A stretch of 64,000 nucleotides of DNA from positions 1,866 through 65,865 of the forward strand of contig DYGB01000001.1 in NCBI GenBank assembly GCA_020724905.1. Direction: 5' to 3'. This stretch comes from Candidatus Paceibacter sp. Lineage in GTDB: Bacteria; Patescibacteriota; Minisyncoccia; UBA6257; JAGOQP01. Positions within the stretch are counted from its first letter, which is position 1; each line of letters opens with the position of its first letter. Positions 29,275 to 38,145 of this stretch are shown piece by piece. The translations under genes were made by a program, and so were the position numbers. Under the pieces are notes generated by a model, which was given only the letters and a program-made list of their open reading frames with translations, had not been told where the DNA came from and searched no databases.

Positions 29275-30180
29275 TTAGTCTGATCGATTTGCACCATCGT
29301 ATATATATTTTTCACTGATTTTCCAAACACCTTTCTCTCGAAACGCTGGAATGTTTTGACGTCGAGCAGCATTAGTCATAGCAGGAGCAGACTTGCTATG
29401 TTTTTTTATATATTCAGACAAAGGAATAATAGGATCACCTCTTAGATAAGTAATTCGTTTATGTAAAGATTCTATGAGAGCAAGAGACACCACCTTTTCC
29501 ATCGTTTTAGTATTTTTATCATCACGATAATCATCAAAAGACCTATAATATTCTTTTTTCTCACTGTCCCGAATAATAATCATTGGAAACCCAAGTCGTT
29601 GAAGCTGAAAACAAATAAGTACACGACCGATACGACCATTCCCATCACAGAATGGATGAACTGTTTCAAAATTCAAATGGAACTTAACAATTTTGTCTAG
29701 AAAGTATGTAGTAAAATCACTCGTATATTCGGTAAGAATAGATTCAATCATGCGCTCAACATGCTCTGGAGCAGGTGCGACATGGGTACCAACTCGAACA
29801 TATTCTCCCTCAGTTCTAAATCGGCCAGCAATATTATCATCAATACCACCGATAAGCATCTGGTGCAAAAGCAAAATAATCTTTTTATTTATTTCTGTCT
29901 CTTGAGATTTGTTACGAACATATCCCATAACACGGGCAAGATTTTTCGCCTCAAACACCTCTCGAACTGAAACGTCTCGAGCAATTTCCATATCTAAAAG
30001 AATTTTTTCTGTTTCCTTTAGGGTGAGTGTAGAATTTTCAATAGCATTAGAATTATAAACACTTTCTGGCACCTCAGCTTCATCAATCATAACCAAAAGT
30101 GATTCTTTGTCTTTGCGGAGTGCATCAAACTCAGCTTTAAGAGCTGTTATTCGATCTTTAATTGGTTTAGTTGTTGCCAT
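29275..30180 (-). CDS. Fic domain protein (class II) with a putative C-terminal HTH
   Basis: HPFCDGNGRIGR; N-terminal inhibitory motif SNAIEN; tail LSEY...AARRQNIPAFREKGVWKI. Confidence 0.92.
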   Translation of the reverse strand: MATTKPIKDRITALKAEFDALRKDKESLLVMIDEAEVPESVYNSNAIENSTLTLKETEKILLDMEIARDVSVREVFEAKNLARVMGYVRNKSQETEINKKIILLLHQMLIGGIDDNIAGRFRTEGEYVRVGTHVAPAPEHVERMIESILTEYTSDFTTYFLDKIVKFHLNFETVHPFCDGNGRIGRVLICFQLQRLGFPMIIIRDSEKKEYYRSFDDYRDDKNTKTMEKVVSLALIESLHKRITYLRGDPIIPLSEYIKKHSKSAPAMTNAARRQNIPAFREKGVWKISEKYIYDGANRSD

Positions 30181-30204
30181 AGACTTTTTTACTACTATGC
30201 ATCT

Positions 30205-30233
30205 ATTATAGTCTATTCACGTAAAAAAGTCAA
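30205..30233 (-). promoter_or_regulatory. sigma70 promoter of the fic gene
   Basis: TTGACT, 17 nt spacer, TATAAT. Confidence 0.75.
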
Positions 30234-30235
30234 TC

Positions 30236-30276
30236 TTTAGTGAATGAGAGCCATATATTGCATGCCATTCACTAAA
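30236..30276. repeat. 11-bp perfect inverted repeat with 19-nt spacer (operator or efp terminator)
   Basis: TTTAGTGAATG...CATTCACTAAA; a related half-site ATTCACGTAAA lies inside the promoter spacer. Confidence 0.7.
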
Positions 30277-30329
30277 ATATGGGCAATTAAAGCCTCTATA
30301 CACTACTCTGCTTAGAAAATAGCCTGTAT

Positions 30330-30902
30330 TTATACTCCTTTCTCTACTCGTTCAACGTATTCTCCCGTTTCTGTATTAACTCGAATAATATCCCCTGTTT
30401 GTATAAAAAATGGAGTATTGACTCGAGCACCTGTCTTTACCGTCACTGCTTTTGACCCTCCTGATGCAGTATCTCCTTTTATACTTGGGGGAGCTTCAAT
30501 AACTTCAAGATCAATTTTTGCAGGAAGCTGAATCCCAACAAAAGTATCATTAAACCAGATTGAAAGAATTTCTGTCTGCTCAACAAGATAATTTTTCTTC
30601 TCTCCAATCTGTTCATCTGAAAGTGAAAACCTGTTTTGAGGATTTCCCACTTCATCAAACCACCACTCTCCTTTACGAGCATACAGGAAACGAGCATTCA
30701 TTCTTTCAAGATCAGCTTCTCCAATATCATCACTTGGCTGAAATGAAAGTTCTTTTACTTTTTGTCCGATAACGTCACGAAGTTTTACCTTCATAACTGG
30801 CTTTCTCTGTTGCATGCGCAAAAAAGAAGCTTCGAGAACTTCATAAAGAGTTTCTTCAAAAACGATAAACATGCCTGGACGAACTTCATTATATGAAATC
30901 AT
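30330..30902 (-). CDS. efp: Elongation factor P with atypical tip loop
   Basis: KVKLRD; FLY; LPAKIDLEV; KGDTASGGSK; TG..VNTPFFIQTGD.I.VNT..GEYVER. Confidence 0.93.
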   Translation of the reverse strand: MISYNEVRPGMFIVFEETLYEVLEASFLRMQQRKPVMKVKLRDVIGQKVKELSFQPSDDIGEADLERMNARFLYARKGEWWFDEVGNPQNRFSLSDEQIGEKKNYLVEQTEILSIWFNDTFVGIQLPAKIDLEVIEAPPSIKGDTASGGSKAVTVKTGARVNTPFFIQTGDIIRVNTETGEYVERVEKGV

Positions 30903-30927
30903 AGATAGATGTAGTGTTACGTGTATA

Positions 30928-32379
30928 TTATTTGTCTTTCCCTAATGCCTTTCGAATAACGTCTTTTAACTCTTTGACTGCTGTAGGTTTCTTTTCTCTT
31001 TCCTTGTGAGGTTTTTTCTTCCTCTCATCTTGTTTTAGTGTTTCAGCGAGAGACCGCTCCCCCTGTCGCGCAATCATCTCAGCAACACGCTCATGACTTC
31101 CAGCATATTCTTCCTGAATCTTTTTTTCAACCTCTCCTCGAGGAAGGGTAAACTTGTCACGAGAGTATTCCAAGATAACGTCATAGAGTGATTGTTTGGG
31201 GAGCGGTGGTGGAGGCAGTGTTCGAGCTGAGAAAGGACGAGATGACACCCCATCAATCATCAAACGGATATAGATATAGGTATTAGGAAGATTCACAAAA
31301 TCACTCGCCTCAAATTCCTCAAAGAATTCTTTTTCTAAAAATTCTGCATCATCTGCTCCTACCCGAAATACAATCATTGTTCCCACGTTACCAAAAATAG
31401 CAGATTTCACCCGTTCATTGTCATCAAGCTGATCAATATACTGGTGAGCAAGAATCAAACATAATCGATACTTTCGTGCCTCAGAAAGAATCGTTGCAAA
31501 TGATTCTGTTGCAAAGTTCTGAAACTCATCAACATAGAGATAAAAATCACGTCTCTCTTCTTGAGGAGTATCAACACGAGACATCGCAGCAAGCTGAAGT
31601 TTCGTAATAACCATAGCTCCAAGAAGCGCGGAGTTATCTTCACCAATTTTTCCTTTTGAAAGATTCACCACAAATATTTTCCCCTCATCCATGATACGTC
31701 GTGCATCAAATGATGAGTGTTCTTGTCCGATAATATTTCGAATCAACGGATTGGAGACAAACTGTCCCACCTTGTTCTGGATTGCAGCAACGGCCTCTGT
31801 TTCAAGTCGTTGTGTATAGCGAGCAAACTCATCAGCCCAGAATGAACGAACGATAGGGTCCTGAAGATTATCAACAATATTTTTCCGATACTCTTTATCA
31901 GAAAACATCTTCATAATCCCGAGCAATGTCGAATTAGGATACTCCAGCAATGCAAGAAGCGTATTGTTAAGAATATATTCCATGCGGGCAGACCAGGCAT
32001 CAGGCCATATCTTTTTAAACACAGACATAAGTCCAGAAGCAACCAAATGTCTTTGTTCAAAATCAACACGTTCAAGTGGATTAAATGCGATGGGGTAATT
32101 TGTATCAGCAGGGTTAAAATACACTACATCATTAACCCGCTCTTCAGGAATAAAGTGAAGTACTTCTTCAGCAACCTCACCATGTGGATCAACAATACAG
32201 ACTCCCTTCCCTGCTTTGATATCAGAAAGAACCATATTCAAAAGCAAGGTACTTTTCCCAGTACCTGATTTCCCAATGACATACATATGCTGTCTACGGT
32301 CAGCAGTTTTTACACCAAATATCCGTTCTTCATTTCGAAACGTTGTTTTCCCAAGGTGTAGAATATCTTTTTCATCCAT
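30928..32379 (-). CDS. VirD4/TraD/TrwB-like coupling ATPase
   Basis: RRQHMYVIGKSGTGKS; VDPHGE; LYVDEFQNF; SEARKY; AHQY; GNVGT. Confidence 0.88.
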   Translation of the reverse strand: MDEKDILHLGKTTFRNEERIFGVKTADRRQHMYVIGKSGTGKSTLLLNMVLSDIKAGKGVCIVDPHGEVAEEVLHFIPEERVNDVVYFNPADTNYPIAFNPLERVDFEQRHLVASGLMSVFKKIWPDAWSARMEYILNNTLLALLEYPNSTLLGIMKMFSDKEYRKNIVDNLQDPIVRSFWADEFARYTQRLETEAVAAIQNKVGQFVSNPLIRNIIGQEHSSFDARRIMDEGKIFVVNLSKGKIGEDNSALLGAMVITKLQLAAMSRVDTPQEERRDFYLYVDEFQNFATESFATILSEARKYRLCLILAHQYIDQLDDNERVKSAIFGNVGTMIVFRVGADDAEFLEKEFFEEFEASDFVNLPNTYIYIRLMIDGVSSRPFSARTLPPPPLPKQSLYDVILEYSRDKFTLPRGEVEKKIQEEYAGSHERVAEMIARQGERSLAETLKQDERKKKPHKEREKKPTAVKELKDVIRKALGKDK

Positions 32380-32394
32380 AGCTTCACTATACCA

Positions 32395-33597
32395 CTATTC
32401 AAGTGGCAAATTAACTGGAGGCGTACCTTTACGAGAATCAATCTTTCCAAGACGAGGAGCACGAACTGATGAGAGAGGAAAATGAAACAGTGTTGCCAAC
32501 TCTTCTGAAGAGAGTATAGGGAACGTTTCATCAACCAAACGATTCGTATATCCAAACCGTCGTGTCTTAAGATAATCAAAGAGAATACGTTTTTTCCGTA
32601 ACATCGTTGTTTTCTTTATCTTAGGAAACAACTTCATCTTGATTCCTCCTGCAACAGTAATCAATTTGTCAGGACGAAGACCATTCATGTGCTGTGTATT
32701 GAATTGTTGCAGTGATCCCATAACTGATGAAATGTTAAGAAAGCTAAAACTATCTTTCCGATCAATATAGACGAATCGAAGATTAGCCTGGAACACATGT
32801 TTTGATGCTTTGTTCTCAATTGCTCTTATCACATCCCTATCTCCTCCTGTCATATCAGATTTTCCTTCTTCATCTTTCTTCTTTTCAATAATAGCTTTAA
32901 TTTCTTTTTGGGCGTCATCTTTGATAGAGACACCTGTTGCAGGACCCGTTGGACTTATCAAAAGCTGTATACATACCATCTCATCATCTTTCAGTTTTGA
33001 CATTGCTTCAAACAATGGAGCAAGAGGATCAATACGTTCTTCCTCCTTTGAAAGTTCATGGAAAAAATCATGATACGTACGAATAGGATACACACTGTTT
33101 TTCACAAGGGTAAATCCTGATCCCCAAAGATCATAGGTATCATCAGGAAGTGTTGCGGGAAGATCATCCATGTAGTCTGTTGTCTCAGATATTTCAGCAT
33201 CAGGATATTGGGCATAGAGTGCTGATTCTACAAGATTTCGATAATCTTTTGGTGTACGAACATAAAAAGAAATACCTCCTCCTCGAGCAACCATCTCAAA
33301 AGAAATCCATATGTCTACTTTTCCATCCAGATACTTGTTTAACGCAGGAATTCCAAATGAATAAATACCAAATAAGCTCGCAAATACTTGCTCCATTGAT
33401 TTTGGGCCTCGTGCCTCCCCATGAGGAATACGAATCTGTAATATATTCCATTCAATTCCTTCTATAAACAAATATCGTTTATAAAAAAGCCGCATTTTCC
33501 AACAGAGAACAGCGGCAAAAATAGGAACAACAATCCACAGAGCAACAGAGAGTGCTTTATATACACCGACAATAAGAATATCCTCTAAAAACGGCAT
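32395..33597 (-). CDS. Membrane-anchored hypothetical protein next to the coupling ATPase
   Basis: N-terminal TM helix; SFEMV; YAQYPDAEI..DY; YPIRTY; ILSSEELATLFHFP; PPVNLP. Confidence 0.8.
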   Translation of the reverse strand: MPFLEDILIVGVYKALSVALWIVVPIFAAVLCWKMRLFYKRYLFIEGIEWNILQIRIPHGEARGPKSMEQVFASLFGIYSFGIPALNKYLDGKVDIWISFEMVARGGGISFYVRTPKDYRNLVESALYAQYPDAEISETTDYMDDLPATLPDDTYDLWGSGFTLVKNSVYPIRTYHDFFHELSKEEERIDPLAPLFEAMSKLKDDEMVCIQLLISPTGPATGVSIKDDAQKEIKAIIEKKKDEEGKSDMTGGDRDVIRAIENKASKHVFQANLRFVYIDRKDSFSFLNISSVMGSLQQFNTQHMNGLRPDKLITVAGGIKMKLFPKIKKTTMLRKKRILFDYLKTRRFGYTNRLVDETFPILSSEELATLFHFPLSSVRAPRLGKIDSRKGTPPVNLPLE

Positions 33598-33600
33598 AAA

Positions 33601-34629
33601 TTATGCAAGATGATAGTGTCCCTTATCGTTTTTTTTGAAAAACTTTTTATTCTGCAAATTAAGGAAAATAGTATTGTATTTCAATACACGTTCCTGAGAA
33701 ACAAGACTTACAATATCTTCAAGAGGAAGTGAACCGTGCTTCTTTAAAATACGTTGTAACACTTCACGTGTTGTTCCTGGTTCAACACCAAACTCTCGAA
33801 GAGAATACAGTCCTCGTCCAACCAACACAAATCGCTTATCTTTTATCAATTCATTATGTACTGTTTGAGGATGAGCTTTCTTTGTATCAAATTCAATATC
33901 ATTAATATGTTGTGCAATGTCACGAAAGTGCATTGGTTCTTTTCTTTTCTTCAAAATCAAGTATGACTTGTCACGAACTGTTTTTGGAGTAATCTCAGGC
34001 CATTCTACAAGTCCAAAATCTCCAAATGGATTTACTGAAAACTTCTTTGAGTTTAACAAATAGTTAAGCGCAATAAATTCTTTAATTTTGTGTTGTTTTG
34101 TTGCCTGAGCAAATAACTGATCAAATTCTTTTCTCTCAACCAACATTTCTTTTTTACTCTTAAGAAGTGTTCGTACTTTCTTTACAAATGATTTCAATTC
34201 TTTTACATGCTCTTCTTGGGTATACCAAAATGGATAGAACTCACTATTCTCTCCAAAAATCTGAGGCTTTTTAAAAGTAGCGAATAGTAATGAAACGTAT
34301 GGTTCGCTCACATCATGATCTTTAAAGACGAATTTCAAGTCATCAACTAATAAATCTGCGCGACGAATACCACCAAGAGAGGCGATATGATCAAGTGCCT
34401 TTTCAAGAAATGAAACAGCATCAGCATTATCCTGAGCTTCTCCTCGGATAGATTTAAGTGCTGCGTTTTCAATTTGACGAACTCGTTCTCGGGTAATTCC
34501 ATATTCTTCACCAAGAGAAGCAAGCGTCTGAGGCTCTTTCCCAAGTAATCCGAATCGACGAACAACAATATCTCGCTGTCGTTTTGGGAGCGAGGAAACG
34601 AGAGAATCCAATGTAGAATGTAATGTCAT
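33601..34629 (-). CDS. Sigma70 region-4 HTH plus HARE-HTH domain protein
   Basis: RRFGL...TLASLGEEYGITRERVRQIE; PMHFRDIA...QTVHNELIKDKRFVLVGRGLYSL. Confidence 0.82.
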   Translation of the reverse strand: MTLHSTLDSLVSSLPKRQRDIVVRRFGLLGKEPQTLASLGEEYGITRERVRQIENAALKSIRGEAQDNADAVSFLEKALDHIASLGGIRRADLLVDDLKFVFKDHDVSEPYVSLLFATFKKPQIFGENSEFYPFWYTQEEHVKELKSFVKKVRTLLKSKKEMLVERKEFDQLFAQATKQHKIKEFIALNYLLNSKKFSVNPFGDFGLVEWPEITPKTVRDKSYLILKKRKEPMHFRDIAQHINDIEFDTKKAHPQTVHNELIKDKRFVLVGRGLYSLREFGVEPGTTREVLQRILKKHGSLPLEDIVSLVSQERVLKYNTIFLNLQNKKFFKKNDKGHYHLA

Positions 34630-34686
34630 ACTCAATAAAATTATACCACTAATTATACTGTAGTTTTCAGGTAGTGTCTATATACC

Positions 34687-35583
34687 TTACTTACTTTTAC
34701 CAGATTTGTACCAAAGAGTCAATAGGGGGCTGGCAACACAGATCGATGAATAGGTTCCCACCAATGTCCCGATCAATACAATTAAGACAAAGAAGTTCAA
34801 ACTCACTGCTCCAAAGAACAGTAGTGCAAGCAGGACAAGGATAAGGGTAAGTGAGGTATTAATAGAACGAACCAATGTCTGAGAGATACTCTCCCCTACC
34901 TTTTCTTCAAAAACATCTCCCTTTTTCATATGTCCAATATTCTCACGAATACGGTCAAAGACCACAATCGTATCATGTACAGAAAATCCCATGATAAAGA
35001 GGATTGCAACAATAAAGTTGCTATCAAGCTCAATCCCATTGAGGTTCCCTAAAAATGCAAGTAGTCCAGCAGGGATAATAACATCATGAAAAAGTGTGAC
35101 CAAAGTGACAACCCCATATTTCCATGAAGTTATTGGGTAAGAAACCTTTCGAAATGCAAACGCGATATACAAAGAAACAGCAACAAGAACAAGTATCACT
35201 GCCCAGATAGCACGAGAACGAAGTTCTTCCCCCACCGTAGGACCAATAAATTCGAATCGTAACTCTTCAAATGCCCCCGCAGATTCTTCAAGTGCAGCTT
35301 CAAGAACTGGCTTTTCATCTTGGCTCAACTCTTTCATCTTTATCAACAAAAGTCCTTCTTCAGACAAGTCTTCAAAAGCTGATACATCAACAGCTCCTGC
35401 ATCCTGCAAGATACGCACTACCTCATCTTTAGAAACCTCCTCTTCAAAAGAAAGTCTCCAGAGCACTCCTCCAGTAAAATCAGTTCCTGGACGAAATCCA
35501 AAGACAGCGATACTCACAACACCAGCAAGAACTAACAATGCTGAAATACTCAAAAATATTTTTTTATATCGAATAACAAACAT
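34687..35583 (-). CDS. secF: Protein translocase subunit SecF
   Basis: GTDFTGG; IGPTVG; HDV; GFSVHDTIVVFDRIRE; RSINTS; GTYSS. Confidence 0.95.
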   Translation of the reverse strand: MFVIRYKKIFLSISALLVLAGVVSIAVFGFRPGTDFTGGVLWRLSFEEEVSKDEVVRILQDAGAVDVSAFEDLSEEGLLLIKMKELSQDEKPVLEAALEESAGAFEELRFEFIGPTVGEELRSRAIWAVILVLVAVSLYIAFAFRKVSYPITSWKYGVVTLVTLFHDVIIPAGLLAFLGNLNGIELDSNFIVAILFIMGFSVHDTIVVFDRIRENIGHMKKGDVFEEKVGESISQTLVRSINTSLTLILVLLALLFFGAVSLNFFVLIVLIGTLVGTYSSICVASPLLTLWYKSGKSK

Positions 35584-35584
35584 A

Positions 35585-36823
35585 CTATTTTTTATTACGA
35601 GAAAATACGATCATAAGGTTTCGCGTTACGACAATAGCGGTAAACATGCTGATGAGCACTCCTAAAAGAAGTGTTAGAGCAAGTCCTTTCACAAAACTTG
35701 AAGTGAACTGGAAAAGAATCAGCGCGGTAATCATAGTAGTAATATTCGAATCTCGAATTGATGGCCACGCACGAGTAAATCCTTCAGATACTGCAGCCAA
35801 ATACGATGAACCTTTTTTAAGTTCTTCTTTAGTTCTCTCAAAGATAAGAATATTAGCATCCACTGCCATACCCACAGAAAGAAGAAATCCTGCAATTCCT
35901 GCAAGGGTAAGGGTCACAAATAATTTAAATACTGAAAGCGTTAAAATAACATAGATAAGCAAAGCAATCGTAGCAAGTACACCTCTCCCACGATAGTAGA
36001 TAATCATAAAGAGTGCGACTGCTAAGGTACCCAACATACCAGCAAATACAGATGCATCGAGTGCATCTTTTCCAATATCAGCACCAACGTTCTGCTGACT
36101 GATACGTTCGATAGGAGCTGGAAGCGCTCCCGCATTAAAGCGTGAAACAAGTTCTTTGGCTTCATCTAAATTAAAGACTCCACTAATCACTGCTTCGCCA
36201 CTTGGGATATGTTCATTCACCCGAGGTTCACTAATTGGTTCTCCATCAAGGAAAATACCAACAATGTTTCCAATGTTTCTCTTTGTAACATCACTAAAAA
36301 TACCAGACCCTTCAGAGGTGAATGAAATAGTCACCTGTGGTTCTCCTGTTGTAGGATTAAATGAAAGCTGAGCTCCTTTAACATATCGTCCATCAAGTTC
36401 AGTAGGAATATATCCAACCGTTCCATCCTCAAGTTCTGTTAATTCACGAAAATCAAGAAATGGTGTTTCTCCAATTTGACGAACTGCTTCATCAATATCA
36501 GAAACTCCAGCAAGTTCAACGATAAGACGATATTCATCTCCACTTTGGGAGATAGAAACCTGAGGTTCTTTTACCCCAAACAGGTTCACTCGTCGTTCAA
36601 TAACATCTCGAAGTCCAGAAAGCGTGGTAGAAACATCATCTCCAGAGAGATGAGATGTGTCAACGTTGTACTCAAGTCGAGTACCACCGACTAAATCAAG
36701 TCCAAGCTTCCAATCAGTGCTGTTATACAACCATGAGGTATAAGGGGTTGGGTAAATAAAAAATGCCCCCACAATACTCAAGGCAACAACTCCTAAAAGA
36801 AACCATAGTGCCTGCTTTTTCAT
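35585..36823 (-). CDS. secD: Protein translocase subunit SecD
   Basis: LGLDLVGG; RRVNLFGVKEP; AGALP; GMAVDANILIFER; DSNITT. Start ATG 36823. Confidence 0.95.
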   Translation of the reverse strand: MKKQALWFLLGVVALSIVGAFFIYPTPYTSWLYNSTDWKLGLDLVGGTRLEYNVDTSHLSGDDVSTTLSGLRDVIERRVNLFGVKEPQVSISQSGDEYRLIVELAGVSDIDEAVRQIGETPFLDFRELTELEDGTVGYIPTELDGRYVKGAQLSFNPTTGEPQVTISFTSEGSGIFSDVTKRNIGNIVGIFLDGEPISEPRVNEHIPSGEAVISGVFNLDEAKELVSRFNAGALPAPIERISQQNVGADIGKDALDASVFAGMLGTLAVALFMIIYYRGRGVLATIALLIYVILTLSVFKLFVTLTLAGIAGFLLSVGMAVDANILIFERTKEELKKGSSYLAAVSEGFTRAWPSIRDSNITTMITALILFQFTSSFVKGLALTLLLGVLISMFTAIVVTRNLMIVFSRNKK

Positions 36824-36866
36824 ACAAGGGATATGATACCACAAAAGAGAAGAAGAGCAAAGAACA

Positions 36867-38144
36867 TTACTTCCGTGCAACAACAATTAAATCAGACACA
36901 TTAAGACATTTCTGTTTAATAGTAACATGACCACCTCGTTCTTTAAAAAAGTGGTATGAATTATGAGATTTTACATATGAAGGATCAATATCCTTTGCAT
37001 CAGCACTACATCCAATCGCTCCTGCAACAGGAACATTATCTTTCCCATCAGAAGCAATACTCCCCACACAGATATCTCCTTTAAGAGACTGTTTGGAAAG
37101 TTCAGAAAGTGCTCCTAGTACTACCTCCTGATTTCTTCCCCCTTCTCCACCTATGCATCCTGATACTAAGCTCTCCCCTCCAAATAGATACATTTCTCCT
37201 GGACGAATTGTAGTGAGGTATGGAGAAAGAAGCTTCGATGCCTCCCCCTGAAATGCAGTAGAGATAATTTTTGTTTGAAATCCTTCTTCTCTTCCCTTCT
37301 CAAGCATCGCAACAAGAGCATCTTCATTACATGCTAATAACAATGCACGAGATCTTTCAAAAATACGTTCATCTTTTACTGTTTCTTGTAAAAAAGGAAT
37401 CGCATCATGACATTCATATTTCTCAAGAATCGCCACCGCATCTTCTTTTCGTGACGCATCAAAGACGCTTGGACCAGAAGCAACAGTCCCTAAATCATTT
37501 CCACAGACATCTGAAACAACAAGGGATAGTATTGTTGCAGGATACGCAGCTTTGGCAAGACCACCTCCTTTCACAGAAGAAAGGTGTTTTCTGACAATAT
37601 TAATTTCTCTAATCTGAGCCCCTTTGTTGGTAAGTCGTTTAAATAAATCGCTCCCTACATCTTTTTCTTTTTCATCTCCACAGAGAAGAGAAGATCCTCC
37701 ACCAAGGATAAGAAAAATAACTAAATCATCCTCACTACATGTTTCAAGAACAGTAATAATGTGTTGTGTTGCCTTAATATTAACATCAGAAGGATGAGGA
37801 TGTGTTCCCTCATACACCTGAACCATCTCATGAGTAGAGATACTAGAAGCATATCCCTTTACATCAAGTGCGTAAGCTTCATCTACCCCCTCAACGTGGC
37901 CAGAAAAAAGAGAAACAACTCCCCGAGCACCCTTCCCAACCCCTACCACAACAACTCGTTTAAAATATTTTGTATCGTAGATATGATCGTCCCCTTTAAT
38001 AGAAAAAGAATGGTCACGAACATGAATCTTTTGAGGAATAATATGCTCCATATCAATCGCCTCAAGTCCAGCATCAAAAACACGAATAACCGATGATCGT
38101 AAATCATCTTCCCTTACTCCTTCCCTCTCTATAATATAGGACAT
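36867..38144 (-). CDS. Glycerate 2-kinase (DUF4147/MOFRL family)
   Basis: VGVGKG; HPHP; LGGGSSL; EINIVRKHLSSVKGG; SDV; ASGP; GGRNQE; SDGKD; NVSDL. Confidence 0.88.
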   Translation of the reverse strand: MSYIIEREGVREDDLRSSVIRVFDAGLEAIDMEHIIPQKIHVRDHSFSIKGDDHIYDTKYFKRVVVVGVGKGARGVVSLFSGHVEGVDEAYALDVKGYASSISTHEMVQVYEGTHPHPSDVNIKATQHIITVLETCSEDDLVIFLILGGGSSLLCGDEKEKDVGSDLFKRLTNKGAQIREINIVRKHLSSVKGGGLAKAAYPATILSLVVSDVCGNDLGTVASGPSVFDASRKEDAVAILEKYECHDAIPFLQETVKDERIFERSRALLLACNEDALVAMLEKGREEGFQTKIISTAFQGEASKLLSPYLTTIRPGEMYLFGGESLVSGCIGGEGGRNQEVVLGALSELSKQSLKGDICVGSIASDGKDNVPVAGAIGCSADAKDIDPSYVKSHNSYHFFKERGGHVTIKQKCLNVSDLIVVARK

Positions 38145-38145
38145 A

